Shown here in pieces: positions 25,254 through 37,827 of a stretch of 64,000 nt of DNA; the first letter of the stretch is position 1; each line of letters opens with the position of its first letter. This DNA comes from Octopus vulgaris (Eukaryota), in NCBI GenBank assembly GCA_951406725.2, contig OX597821.1:64356001-64420000 (forward strand), in the 5' to 3' direction. The notes under the pieces were generated by a model. It did not search any database. It had not been told where the DNA came from and saw only the letters and a list, made by a program, of their open reading frames with translations. Position numbers and translations under genes: made by a program.

Positions 25254-26455
25254 CGAGATGCATTCCTCAAGTTTTGTGACATTTTCAGGAGAGATAGTTA
25301 TTTGTTTCAGGTACGTACAAAACTTTAATCCCTTCAAAATAGGATCCTCTGACTTCAATGCACTTATAGGGCCCCAGCCACTTCGTCATGGCGCCATGGA
25401 AATCTTCCAAAGTGAAGATGTCCAGAACCCTTGCTACATACGCCTTCACCTTCTCAATGCATACGAAAAGACCGTCCCTAATGTTCTCCTTCAATTTGGA
25501 GAACAAGCAAAAGTCACATGGAACAAGGCCTGGAGCGGCGTGGGGGTAGGAATGAGGGAGAGTTTTGATGTTTATCTCTGTCAAGTAGTTGGTAACCAGG
25601 ATGGAAGTTTTGACTGGGGCATTGTCCTGGTGTAGGAGTCACTTACCCAAACTGAAGGGCTCTGGTCTTTTGCGACAAAATCTCTTCCCGAACTCCTTCA
25701 AATCCTCCAAACAAATACCTTTTTTGACCATCTGCCAAGAGAGGACCCAGTGAATGTTCATGATTCCCTGACTGTCGAAAAAGAAGGTCATCATGAACTT
25801 CTCGGTGGACTTGCTTTGTCTGTCCCCTAGTACCATCGAAAAACATGCTTGGCCCAAGTTAATCCCTAAGCAGTTTGGAGTATTCATAAGTTCCTGTAGC
25901 GTTCTTTTCCCTCTAATACACAAAACCTTATTAATTAGCAAGCTTCCAAATTGACTTTGTGGAGGCGCGTGGCGTAGTGGTTAGGGTGTGAGCATCATGA
26001 TCGTAAGATTGTGGTTTCGATTCCTGGACCGGGCGACGTGTTGTGTTCTTGAGCAAAACACTTCATTTCACGGTGCTCCAGTCCACTCAGCTGGCAAAAA
26101 TGAGTAACGCTGCGATGGACTGGCGTCCCGTCCAGCTGGGGAACGCATACGCCATAGAAAGCGGGAAACCGGGCGCATGAGCCTGGCTAGGCTTTAAAAG
26201 GTCGCATTTATTTTTTTATTATTTAAATTGACTTTAGGTCTCGATTGCATTCTGCAAATGAGTCGACTGTGAAAAGCAGGGTTTAGCAGGGTGTGTTCAA
26301 AGTGCTGTTACAGCCGTCTCCTTCAATCTGGAATATCAAAAGTTGGCAAGTCTGATTGTTAGATGTATGGTAACGATACTCTAAAATTACAATAATCTAG
26401 GACATTTATAAATGCGACTCGAAAAAGTCTCAAAACTTCGGTAATGCACGTCTTG
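25254..26455 (-). mobile_element. Internally deleted mariner with both TIRs and a SINE insertion
   Basis: FFDSQG, LLHQDNAP, PHSYPHAAPGLVPCDFCLFSKLK and CIEVRGSYFEG. TIRs CGAGATGCATTCCTCAAGTTTTGTGACATTTT (25254) and its degenerate inverse (26421-26455). Confidence 0.85.
25959..26224 (+). mobile_element. tRNA-derived SINE (C-type head, Meta-like 3' body) with 11-bp TSD
   Basis: A-box TGGCGTAGTGG, B-box GGTTTCGATTCC, CTGCGATGGACTGGCGTCCCGTCCAG. TSD AAATTGACTTT at 25948-25958 and 26225-26235. Confidence 0.9.
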
Positions 26456-26512
26456 TTAAGTCGTGTTTGTTCGAATTGATTATAAAATTATGCAATCTGC
26501 TGCTATAAAGAA

Positions 26513-27288
26513 CTAGCAGCATAGTTGCCCGAGTATGTAAGAAACTTTGTCGATAAGCAATGCCCTTTGCCTTTTTACCCTTTTTTATACTCATTGAACC
26601 GTTATTTTGTAAAATGAATCCTAAAAGGCATTAAGGCATTCAAGGCACCGTTCCCTTGCATGCATGAAGAAGTAGGGAAAATCTATGTGAACTTTCAAAA
26701 AATATCACAGAAAAATCGGTTTGCTATGTGTGCCACATATGATGTAATTAACCGATTTTTTCCAGTAATAACGTATCCTATTGGAATCAAAAGGGCCATA
26801 TAGCTCCTTGAGCAGACATGATGCTCGCTGTGAATTTCAAAAAAATTCCTGCCAAATTGTTAAAGATATTGTCGAAAATATGTCATCTTGAATTTGAACG
26901 CGATTTCTCAAAATGGCATGATTTTATCGATTTTTTCTGATGGTAAGGTATTGTATGGAAAACTAACGTCAGAATTAAGTTCCTTAGGGTTACATTAAGC
27001 TTCACCATGAGTTTAGTGAAAATCGATTGCATGTTGCGAAAACTACAACGGAAAATGTGTTGCATATGATAAGCTTAGATTCTAGACCCCATGTCGAATT
27101 TATCGATTCTTTTCAGAACTGGGGGAACTTTTCAAAATTTTCGCTGCGTTAGTTTTGAATTATGACATTGGGCTATGTGTGTGTCAAGTTTCATCAGAAT
27201 CGGTTGAAAGCCGTGGTCAGGGTGAGGGTACAACCTGACAGACACACAGACACACAGACAGACAACTTACCTTATATATAGAGGGAGA
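26513..27288 (-). mobile_element. Non-autonomous Helitron
   Basis: A|TC 5' end at 27288 and CTAG|T 3' end at 26513. The 5' ~190 bp is near-identical to 179-376. Confidence 0.7.
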
Positions 27289-28134
27289 TAACGGGAGCTC
27301 GATAAAAAATCTATAACTGAGAGGAAAATATGACTGCAAGTTCCCTCAGTTCGACATAGTAGAGATTTATCCTTTCATCACAAAACCTTGGTGCATAAAA
27401 TTTTCACCGCTTAACAATATATACTCTGATGTTTTCGATAGCATCAGGGTCATATTGAAAGCACAAAATAGTAATGAATTTGGCTATCATAAACAAACTT
27501 GGCTGAGGTTATATATTAGATCTTTGCCAGAGAAATGCTTCACTTAGGTTTTAGTGTATATAAAGTTCATAGTTTAATCATTTAATGACACTCTAATGGC
27601 TCAAGCTTAGAATTACAAAAGGATTTAAGAAGTCATTTAAATAATTAAATCTGAAATGTCTCTTAACGCTAAGGTGCACCAATAGGAAAAGAACCGAGTG
27701 AAATACCAATAGAAAGATATTACGAAACTATAGGTTATTTAGTTACCCTAAAGTTTTAAAAATACTACTGAGCAACGAAAGAAGACGGACACATAACATC
27801 ATGATAACTCGTTTGATAAACAGACATTCTGTAGAGTTTCTTACTATTATTATAACGCTGTAGCAAAGAGTGGCTTAAAAACAAAATCGAATAACGCGCA
27901 TTAAAATATAAATAGTAAAAAGAAAATTGAATAGTCTTTGAATTAACATGACATATTTGAATATAGCAAAAGAAATACGAAATCGTTTTTCTGATATGTT
28001 GCTTTGATATAAAGAAAAAGCAAAAGAAATTTTTTGACACTGATACTACCAACTCTTTCATAAACATACAGCAAAATTAGTTACTGTCGCAACGACAAAA
28101 AAAAGTGATGCTTTAAATATAAAAGAAAATGTAA

Positions 28135-28550
28135 TAGTTTTAAATTTGGGCGTAAGGTCAGCACTTTGAAGTGGCAGGAGCAAGTCGATATCATCAACCC
28201 CAGTATTTATTTTATTGACTATGAAACGATGAAAGATAAAGTTGACCTTGCCAGCATTTGAACTCAGAACGTAATATCGGACAAAATGCCGCTAAGCACT
28301 ATGCACAATGTGCTAACGTTTCTATCTGCTCACTGTTTCACGAAAGGAAATATAATGGTTTCAAATTTTGGCACGAGGCCAGCAGTTTGGTAAGGGGAGG
28401 TAAGTCGAACTTTAGTACTTAACTGGTACTTAATTTATCGCTTCTCAAAGAGCGAAAGGCAAAGTGGAATTTGAACTCAGAACGTAAAGAGGGACGAAAT
28501 GCCGCTAAGCATTTGCCCGGCGTGCTAACGATTCTGCCAGTTCACCATCT
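28135..28550 (-). mobile_element. Two degenerate tandem SINE B copies
   Basis: TTTGAACTCAGAACGTAA..GCCGCTAAGCA occurs twice. Confidence 0.8.
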
Positions 28551-28599
28551 TATGAAATGCAATGTCATACAAAACAAACTGAGTGGCAAATACAAATAT

Positions 28600-29000
28600 A
28601 AGCTTCAACACAATCAGCAACAGACCTGAACCTCGATCTCTGCTTACCTATGATCTCATTACTTCTTACTCCATTAATAGTTTGTTAAGGCAGTTGTATA
28701 TCGCATAAGGAAACCACCTCACATCCTGTCGTAGATGAGGTTACATCGAGCTTACGACTAGTAACTTTGGAAACTTATATTTTCGACACATTCTTCCTGC
28801 AGCAAATGTACATAGAAATAACACGTCACTGACAAAATATATCAGGACACTGAAAGATAAAAGAAAAGATATCAAGTTAAGCTGGCAATATATGAAAACT
28901 AGCCATCCAGTATACAAATAACTCGAGCGGAGACGAACCCTACTTTCTGGACGAATTCAACTTCTTGTCAGATAACTAAGCTCTTAAACGTAATATTTTC
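28600..29000 (+). mobile_element. Penelope-like element GIY-YIG endonuclease remnant
   Basis: AVVYRI...YIELTTSNF...RNNTSLTKYIRTLKDKRKDIKLSWQY resembles the PLE VVY..YIGxT..TxLSKYIWxLKD..IxW pattern. Confidence 0.65.
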
Positions 29001-29778
29001 AAGTTGTCAATATATGTTAACTGAACATCGACATTATTTGTTCAATTGCTAATTATAGGCAAGCTGAATAACTAAATTTTCGTACCAACATAAATATATA
29101 CATCTAAAACCAGCAACTATGCACCTTTTTATATAAACATATTATAAATATTTTATAAAAACATTTTCCAAAAGCTATCACATAAATCCTGCCATAACTA
29201 AAGCATATCTCAGCAATATATTTACGTTCATATTCGCCAGTATAATTTTTTTTCTCTATCTTCATTTCATAGTATTATCTCTATAATTTATTATATCAAT
29301 AATTCAAAATTCAATTTCTCTTTTGCATTCAAGCATATGAGTTTGTGTGCCTATGTGTATGTATACAGTCTTATGTCAATATCATTAGCAATACGTGCGT
29401 ATGTTCACACACACACACACACATTCACACATACGTTCATAGATACATACATACATGTACGTATATATATATATATGTCTATTTTGCATATATATATTTT
29501 ATTAGCCTGTTTATATGAACGCGTACATTTAATTATTTAGTTATGCGTACACATCTCCTTTATACAGATATTCATTATCTTGTGTAGTGTACTGTTTGCT
29601 ATAGAATACATACGCATATATATTATGTATGCACATAGGTATACACGCACACACACACATACTCACACTCACACATACACAAGTATATATGCACATGGTT
29701 TCCTTCGCCCTTTTTATACAATGCATTACATTGAAACATGGTATATTACGTTTTACTACCCCGCATTATGTTGCAATA

Positions 29779-29830
<52 letters not shown>

Positions 29831-30014
29831 ACGTTCTTATATGTACTATTCATCAATTCATATAGTGCATGCATAACGTACGACTATCATATTGAAGTTT
29901 GCATGCATGATAGTTATCATGTGATAATGTATTATGCTATAAAGTATATACATTATAAACATGTATGCATACATACACACAGACACATTCACGCAGATAA
30001 GTATGTAAATTATA

Positions 30015-30047
<33 letters not shown>

Positions 30048-30065
30048 CTCTCTCTCTATATATAA

Positions 30066-30480
30066 AGCGAGCTGGTAGAAATGTTAGCACGCCAGGCGAA
30101 ATGCTTAGCGGTATTACGCTTGCCGTTACGTTCTGAGTTCAAATTCCGCCGAGGTTGACTTTGCCTTTCATCATTTCGGGGCCGATTAAATAAGTATCAG
30201 TTACGCACTGGGGTCGATGGAATCGACTTAATCCGTTTGTCTATCCTTGTTTGTCCTCTCTGTGTTTAGCCCCTTGGTGGGTAGTGAAGAAATAGGTATT
30301 TCGCCTGCCGTTACGTTCTGAGTTCAAATTCTGCCGAGGTCGACTTTGCCTTTCCCCCTTTCGATGTCGATTAAATAAGTACCAGTTATGCACTGGGGTT
30401 GATGTAATCGACTTCATCCGTTTGTCTGTCCTTGTTTGTCCCTTCTATGTTGAAGCCCCTGTCAGCAATAAAGAAATAAG
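30066..30480 (+). mobile_element. SINE B dimer
   Basis: The tail AAGAAATAG is joined to internal GTATTTCG at 30295/6. Confidence 0.9.
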
Positions 30481-30666
30481 TATGTTGTGTCGAGGAGACA
30501 TGTATGAAATGCGTAAACTTGTCTGGTGTTATATCGTTATATCGTCTCTTGTGTTATATCGTTTTCTATCTACATGTTTTAGTATAAGGTTTTAACATTT
30601 ATTAATACATATAATACGTATATTATATACATATGAGGAATCTTTAAAATCTAGTAATGTGTAAAA

Positions 30667-30838
30667 TAGAGCAATCCCTCGCCATATCACGGTTCACCTA
30701 TCGCTGTTCACCTACCGCGGTTTATTATTTAAGCTTACGTCAGTTCCTCCATGGTGTTGTTTTGCATTAATAATAAAATAAATACATACAAACTATTAAA
30801 AAAATATGTTCCTACTTCACAGATTTTCACCTATCACT
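30667..30838. mobile_element. Tigger/pogo-like MITE remnant
   Basis: AATCCCTCGCCATATCACGGTTCACCTATCGC resembles Tigger TIR/subterminal repeats. Confidence 0.5.
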
Positions 30839-31140
30839 CTGCACACACTAGCACTGACCACTTCCCAGTATCCACACCATCTTCCACACACACACATATA
30901 ATATAGACGCGCACACACACGCATACTTCCACAAGTCAAAGTCACCAGCTCCTATTCACACGCCCACACTTACACACTCTCACATACACACACGCACGTG
31001 CACCTTCGTTTTCGGATCACCAGTACTTTATTATCTCCCCTTCCTCCTAGCTCTCCTGCGCAACGACCTTTGTCCACGCAGTTGACCTGATTGACCCCTA
31101 AATCCACAAGTTTTTTTATTCGCTCTCTATTTCTTTGTGT

Positions 31141-31179
31141 TCTTTTCTGATGAAGAGCGTAGGTTCGAAACGTAAAAGA
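31141..31179 (+). ncRNA. Minimal type I hammerhead ribozyme in a Penelope-like pLTR (~30960-31275)
   Basis: TCTTTT-CTGATGA-A-GAGC gtag GTTC-GAAA-CG-TA-AAAGA: canonical core, stem II, palindromic ACGT stem III, GUA cleavage site and stem I. Confidence 0.75.
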
Positions 31180-31472
31180 CTTTCTCCCCTTCCCGAATGT
31201 CAAACTTATACGCCTGTTTGTTGTTTATACATCTGTCTTCGTCTTTTCTTTTTCTGGAAATTTCAACTATTTATACATACATACATACACACACATATAT
31301 ATATATATACATATATTTCCTTACGTCTCGATATAAATAAACGTGAGAAATTGAAATATTTATGCATAGATGTTTGTTTGTAAATATATACGTACATACG
31401 TACTCACAGACATTCATACATGCATACATAGCTGTAAGCATACGTACGGATGGATATATATATATACATTAT

Positions 31473-31527
31473 AGAATTAATTGTTTTGTCTTTGGCCAAG
31501 AGCCCCCGGAGTTTGACAACGGAAGAC
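31473..31527 (+). mobile_element. Short repeat, second copy of the 36392-36470 micro-insertion
   Basis: 55 bp with one mismatch to 36416-36470. Confidence 0.85.
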
Positions 31528-31979
31528 ATATATATATATGTGTGTGTGTTTGGGTGTGTGTGTGTGTGTGTGTACAAATGTATATAAAACACGTATGTAT
31601 GTATATATGTATATAAGCATATGTGTATGTGTGCTTGCACGATGTGTGCATATGTATAGCTATCTGTAAATGAATGTTATTGTTTGTCAATGAAGCTAAA
31701 CATGTTATGGAAGTTCCGTGTGTTTGTGCCGTATCTCTTCTTTTGAAGCATGTATTTTTTTGTTTGTTTTATTGTCGTACCTTCTTCTTTAATTGACTAG
31801 ACCCATAAATGACTGATAAGCCATCTTTGTTACTAGCCCTCCGGGGTTATTATTAGAAGTTAAATATTTTTCGAAACATTGAAACCGCCCCCCCCCCATT
31901 TTTCATCCAATAAGTGTAAAACTACAAATGTAAGTGGTAGAAGGTGCCGACGGTGAACCATTTTTTGCAGTCACCTCCT

Positions 31980-33932
31980 ATCAGGCAATATTACAGGCGT
32001 AGTAGCAGTTAAAAATATCAGCAGTGTCAAAAGCAACAACATCAAGAACTATGGCAAGAACAACAGTAGCAACAGCAAGAACAATGATTTGCAAATCAAA
32101 GAAGCACGCAATATAACCAATAGCAGTAAATCGTTCATTGCCTTGACCACCACCATCTTCCCAAGGAGAACCGAGACAGGCAGTGACAACATTTAATATT
32201 AACATCAAGAGCAACCGTAGTGAGGTCATGACAAAAATACTTCTTTTGCCAAGATCACAAGTGTATTTGATTTCAACGCACTAGACAAGACGGATGAACA
32301 TTCAAAAGAGGCAAAGAAACACATCAAGAACAGAGAAAAGCTGCGATCAATATACTGTAATAACTTGTAGACCAAACAAAAAGGATGATAATTCTTTATA
32401 GATGTTTATCGACGAAAAGCTTCAAACCAGAGTGTATACCTTGAGACCAGACTGAATTCTGTTTCAGGAACGTATGATATCACTCTTATGGGACATGCCC
32501 ATAAGTTCGGATACATCCGAGCTGTTATCAACTAGAATTCTGGTGGTAGGTGAAATGTGTGATTTTGGAATACTCAAGAACGCTGCTACAAAAAAAAAAA
32601 GACTGAAAAGAAAATCGAGTTTGAATGGGTTTGGAGATTTTGAGTCAGGTGAAACTTAAGACACTTGACAAAACCTCAGACCTAATAAGGATCCCAGGAG
32701 GGCAGCATCTGCGGGTGGTAGTGGAAGGTAGAAAACCTAGATGTTACAATTGTGGAAACATTAATCATCTTAAGTATATGTGATTCTGAGAACAAACAGA
32801 ACATAAAAAACAGACAGCTAAAAGAAGACCTCCACCACTAACAACACTACAACGTCAACAACAGCAATAGCAGGAACTACAATAGAAGTATGTAATTCAG
32901 TATACTTGATCGCGGCACCACATAAAATACTGCAAGCAGTATTGTCAACAACAACAACATCATTAATAACAAAAGAAAAGAAACACGACCTTCAAGAATC
33001 CCCACTTCACCACCACCAACAACAGCAACTAAAAGCCCCCAAACATATACAATAATTTCAAAGGGCAACGGCCTCCAAGATATGTTCATTCCCGGTTGGA
33101 ATAACTTAGACGTGTCGTGTGGCGAATGTGACGATCAGGAGCCAAAAGAGCAAAAAAAAAAAAAAAACTACCAATGCAAAGAAAAAAACATGGAAAAGCA
33201 CACCTACGTGAAAATGTACCAGATGCGCACAGATGGGGGGTGGTGCTTTTAAGCAAAAATACACCAACGTCATTAGCTCCCAATAGCAGGTACACCACCA
33301 CTATCAATACAACCATCTCCATCTTTACCTTTACCACCATCAATACAACCACAACCACAACCACAACCACAATCATCACAACCTTCACCATTCCCATCAC
33401 CCTCACTCCGACCCCATCACCCACTACCACCACCACTATTGCAGAAACCGCGCCATTACAAGCTCAAACACAACCTAATTCACACACACAAAGAAAGAAA
33501 TCGCTAATTTCACGGTCATAAACACAAACAATAAAGACGTAACGGACCATATACACGAAAGTACAATCGTTACACACACAATAACTACAAATCGGTGACT
33601 AATAACGTTTGCAGCACACATAAAGATCATCCAAATATCTTATAAATAAACATCCTTAAGGAGAAGGAGGACTTCCAGGGGGAAATATAAACGAAAGAGC
33701 ATGTAAAGAGCTGGAAGGAGGGAACACTCGGCCCCTCCATAAGAATACGTTAAGGGACCGTAGCTATTGTGAGGTTTCCATGAGCATTCTTTCTCTCTAT
33801 GTGGGAAATGTTTCTTGTTCAAAATTCTTGTTTCATTGTTATTTTACACGCTTTTATGTAACTCCAAATGTATTGTATCGTCCTCTACCGTTCTCTACCT
33901 TGTTTGTAAACGCTTACTGACTGAGAAAAAAC

Positions 33933-34000
<68 letters not shown>
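31980..34000 (+). mobile_element. Decayed Tx1/L1-like ORF1-only element with (ATT)n tail
   Basis: QHLRVVVEGRKPRCYNCGNINHLKYM* (CX2CX4HX4C, last Cys mutated, 32742-32783), followed by Thr/Pro-rich low complexity. No RT recognised. Confidence 0.55.
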
Positions 34001-34002
<2 letters not shown>

Positions 34003-34180
34003 CTCCGCCTTGGCTATTGTTTTCAGTCGTGTTTGTGTGTTTGTCCGTGGACAAGATATCTCAAGAACGGCTGGATGGATTCGGATGGAACTTGCAGGGA
34101 TGTTTGTCCTCGTTACTAGCACTAACTGCTTAGATTTTGGTGTCGATCCGGTACCGGACAAGGATTCTGGTTTATTTTTT
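34000..34180 (+). mobile_element. Helentron-associated (HINE/DINE-like) element 5' fragment
   Basis: TTATCTCCGCCTTGGCTATTGTTTTCAGTCGTGTTTGTGTGTTTGTCC..AAGATATCTCAAGAAC..GATGGAACTTG, typical HINE architecture. Confidence 0.55.
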
Positions 34181-34750
34181 CTCATCCACACCTTCTCAGT
34201 TCCCCACAGACACCAAACATGCCCACTCCCCTCCTATACAAAAACAAAAAAGAAAACACTAGCACACACGAATCCCCAAACTTCTCCTCCTCCGGCTAAA
34301 GGAAAAAGTTGCTTTGTGAGCATGATAGATGACACAAACGGAGAAATGGTCAGAGAAACAATGACGTGGAAAGACACAGTGTTTGTTGAAACAAATGAGG
34401 ATAAAGTGGAGGGGGGTAGTTTCAGAGGAACAGAAGTCAAAAATAGAAAGGTCTAAAAATGGATTCACTTGTTGGAGAGTGAATATTGTTAAATATAGTT
34501 TGCTGGATTGTATGGAATATATGAAATTTATAAATGAAATACTGGAAGGAACGAGGTTTGAAAAAGGAAGAAAGGTATAAATGAAGCTACTCAGAGGTGG
34601 GGCCCGAGTAGCTTCGTTGCATTGTTTCAATTTCATTTGTCATTTCATGTTTCTCATACGTTTTCCTATTTTTTAAAACCTTTTTTGTGTACCCCACATG
34701 TAATGTATTATCCCCATCTGTGTTCGCCTCTTGTGGGTAATAAAATGATT
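34180..34750 (+). mobile_element. 3' end of a Tx1/L1-like element (stem-loop plus SINE-B-like tail)
   Basis: Hairpin at 34580-34618; terminal TCCCCATCTGTGTTCGCCTCTTGTGGGTAATAAA. Confidence 0.45.
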
Positions 34751-34814
34751 AGGACGTTGTTGTTGCCTTGGCCGACGTTTGTGGTCTCTAAGTGCTCTTG
34801 TTATTAATGCTTCT

Positions 34815-35231
34815 AGGTGGAAGAATCGTCAGTGCGTCGGACAAAATTATTAGCATTTCGATCGTCTTTACTTCCTGATTTCAAATTCTGCCGAGATGGA
34901 TTTTGCTTTTTATCAATTCGAGATCGATAAGATACGTACCAGTCGAGAAATGGAATCGACGTAATCGACTTACGTTTTTTTCCCTCAAAATTGCAGGCAT
35001 TGAGCCAAAACGTGTTACTAAGTATGTCTCGGTGGAAGAATCGTTAGCGCGTCGGACAAAATGTTTAGTGGTAGTGGCATTTATTCAGACGCGTTACGTC
35101 CTCACTTCAGATTCTGTGGAGAACAGCTTTGCATTTGAACGTTTCGGGTTTGATAAAATAAGTGCCGTCAAGTACGGATGTAAATGTTATCTCTTCAAAT
35201 AAATGTCCTGGCCTTGTGCCAAATTTAAAAA

Positions 35232-35269
<38 letters not shown>

Positions 35270-35270
35270 T
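34815..35270 (+). mobile_element. Two old tandem SINE B copies with (CTA)n tail
   Basis: GGTGGAAGAATCGT(C/T)AG(T/C)GCGTCGGACAAAAT occurs twice, with type-2 tails. Confidence 0.65.
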
Positions 35271-36391
35271 CTAGTTGTGTGTTTAATCGGTTCACGTCTC
35301 TCTCACTCTCCTTATGACTCCTTGTCTCGCTGCCTGACTCTTTCTCTCGGTATCTTCTTCCTTTGGTCAGTGACCTTACAGTTACTTTCTCTCATTATAT
35401 ACTGTTTCACTGCCAACTTGCAAAACATGTTGGCGTCTTTATGATTTCAAAATGTTAACGAGATATATATATATGTAGGAAAAATTTATGTTATTTTTTT
35501 TACTTCCCTCTGATGTTGTAATGTTTTATATTCATCTTCATATATCCCCTCTAATTTTCTTATAGCGTTTTTGTTTTTGAAACCCATTTATTGATACAAC
35601 AGCAATAATTCATAATCGATATTGATGACAGCTGCCCAAGAACAGATCTAATAGTATAGAGGTGGATGGCCATTGGGGCACATATACAATGCAACGGAGA
35701 AAGGGAAATAGCTACGTGAACTGGTAGTCAAGAATGAACTAAAATTATAAATTGGTAAGTCATAATTTTCAAGAGGAAGTTCGTTGACATGTACGCATGT
35801 AAATATTTATATATATATAGGCACATGTATGAGTGTGTGCACGCGCGCGTGTGTATGTGTGTGTGTATGTGTGCGTGTGTTGTGAGTTTGTGTGTGTACG
35901 TGAGCGTATATGTGTATGTGTGCGTGCATGTGCGTGCGTGTGCGATGCATTTTCCTGCGTGGGGTTGAACAAATACCGACCAGTTTCGGTGAAATTATTT
36001 ATTTTTACATCAAGGCCGATTTAGCTTTCCGATTCTAACCAGATCAATAATATATGTACCAGGCAAACAACTGTGGTCGATATAATCAACTAGAACTGTT
36101 ATGCAGTGTACCAGCATGACCTCAGTTTAATGATCGAAAGAAGTAAAAGTCGCGTTTGTGTTCTCCTTACATGAACCTGGCCATTAAATTATCTCGAATC
36201 CCACCGATTTCTATTGTAATAGTTAAGAACTGAAAATGTTTACGAAAGTGAGTCGAGAGCACTACTGCTATGTAATTAGTACTCATTCAACAAAGATTCA
36301 AATTTCTAATTTAGCATCTCCTCGCACACAGATATAATTTGAAATGTAGCTAGAGCATCATGTATTATACGTCTAAGTAATATAAAGCGTG

Positions 36392-36470
36392 GTATCGTTT
36401 TCAAAATCTCGTAAGAGAATTAATTGTTTTGTCTTTGGCCAAGAACCCCCGGAGTTTGACAACGGAAGAC
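36392..36470 (+). mobile_element. 79-bp insertion with 10-bp TSD
   Basis: ATAAAGCGTG at 36382-36391 and 36471-36480. Confidence 0.8.
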
Positions 36471-37787
36471 ATAAAGCGTGATGATAGAATCTCGGATTAT
36501 AATGAGCGTGTTTAGAAACATTTATGTTGTCATTCTTTTTTTGCTATAAAATAGCAGCTAAGAAAAGCTAACACTTCACATCTTAAAAAATGGAATAGTA
36601 CGTTGGGCAATATGGTCTTGGTTCTACTGAAATATACGATGTCTTGGGCTGGAACATCTTAATCATAGGTATGTCTGATCCCGGTTGACGTTAATCGAAT
36701 AATAACACTATCCACAGATTACACTGTGTAACAAGATTTTTGTCCTCGGATAGTAGCTTTTATTTCCAATTTCGTTGTCACTAGAGAGTATGAAAAATGA
36801 CTAATATTTCTTTCAAACTTCGCTTTTGTTACATTTATTCAAACCCCAAAGAATCCCGCTCAACACATGGCTATGATCAGAGATGCACGTATTGTCAGTT
36901 ACTAAGGGACATTCTCAAGTGGTTAAGGCCAAGCAACTGACGAGTAAATCTGTGGTATTGAGCAGAATATTTTGTATAGCGGTATTTCTACTTCAGCAAC
37001 TCAGCACTGAATCTGTCTGAAATATAATGGAAAATAGTACCGATAAGTATGGGCGCGCAATGCGTGTACACGTGCTCGCGCAGGTGCACCAATATGTATG
37101 TATATTTACTGTAAAGTAGTAAGCGATTAACTTTAACTCTATGTTTCCCCTTAAAGACTACAATTTCCAATTTTTATATCCCTGTTTTTCTCCCCCGCCT
37201 CTTCTTCTTTTCTAACAACTCCATCCAACTCCCATTCCTAAAGAGTTGGCTTCTTCCTTTCCTTTTCTCTTTATTCTTGACCATTTCACCTTTTCTAAAA
37301 AAAATCTTTTTATTTCTGTAGGAATGTTTAAGCATCGTAGTGCCAACGTATCTGTTTACTGTTGACATATCCAGGTGATCCCAGCTTAATGTTCACAAAG
37401 ACCTTTCCAATAAAGTCAGCATCCATCTAAACTAAATCCCCACTTTTTACTACCGCTCTCACTTTCTTTATCCCTCACAACTTTAGACAATTCCCCCACA
37501 CCAAAATATTTGACCTCTTCCTTCACTTTTCTTACTTACTGACCAATTAATTCTTCAAATATTGTTTTCTTTTTTTTTTGTTTTATTCTTTTTTCATTCT
37601 GTTCTTCTGGCTTCACTACTCATTTCAATTTACGTCTTCCGCGATTCCTTAACGATAATGTCACCTTCATGTTATTAAAATATCTTCGGCCTGACAAGTA
37701 GCTAACTGCGTAGTACCTCCCGCTGAGTAATTATTACATCAGAGGAATGCTAGCTAAGAAACATATGCAACCTGGAGTTTATCTGCT

Positions 37788-37827
<40 letters not shown>

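Noticed and set aside
25156-25635. 159-aa plus-strand ORF
   Set aside because: Antisense shadow of the mariner transposase.
25961-26035. tRNA gene (also heads near 20160-20230 and 63045-63116)
   Set aside because: A/B boxes continue into SINE bodies and there is no intact acceptor stem.
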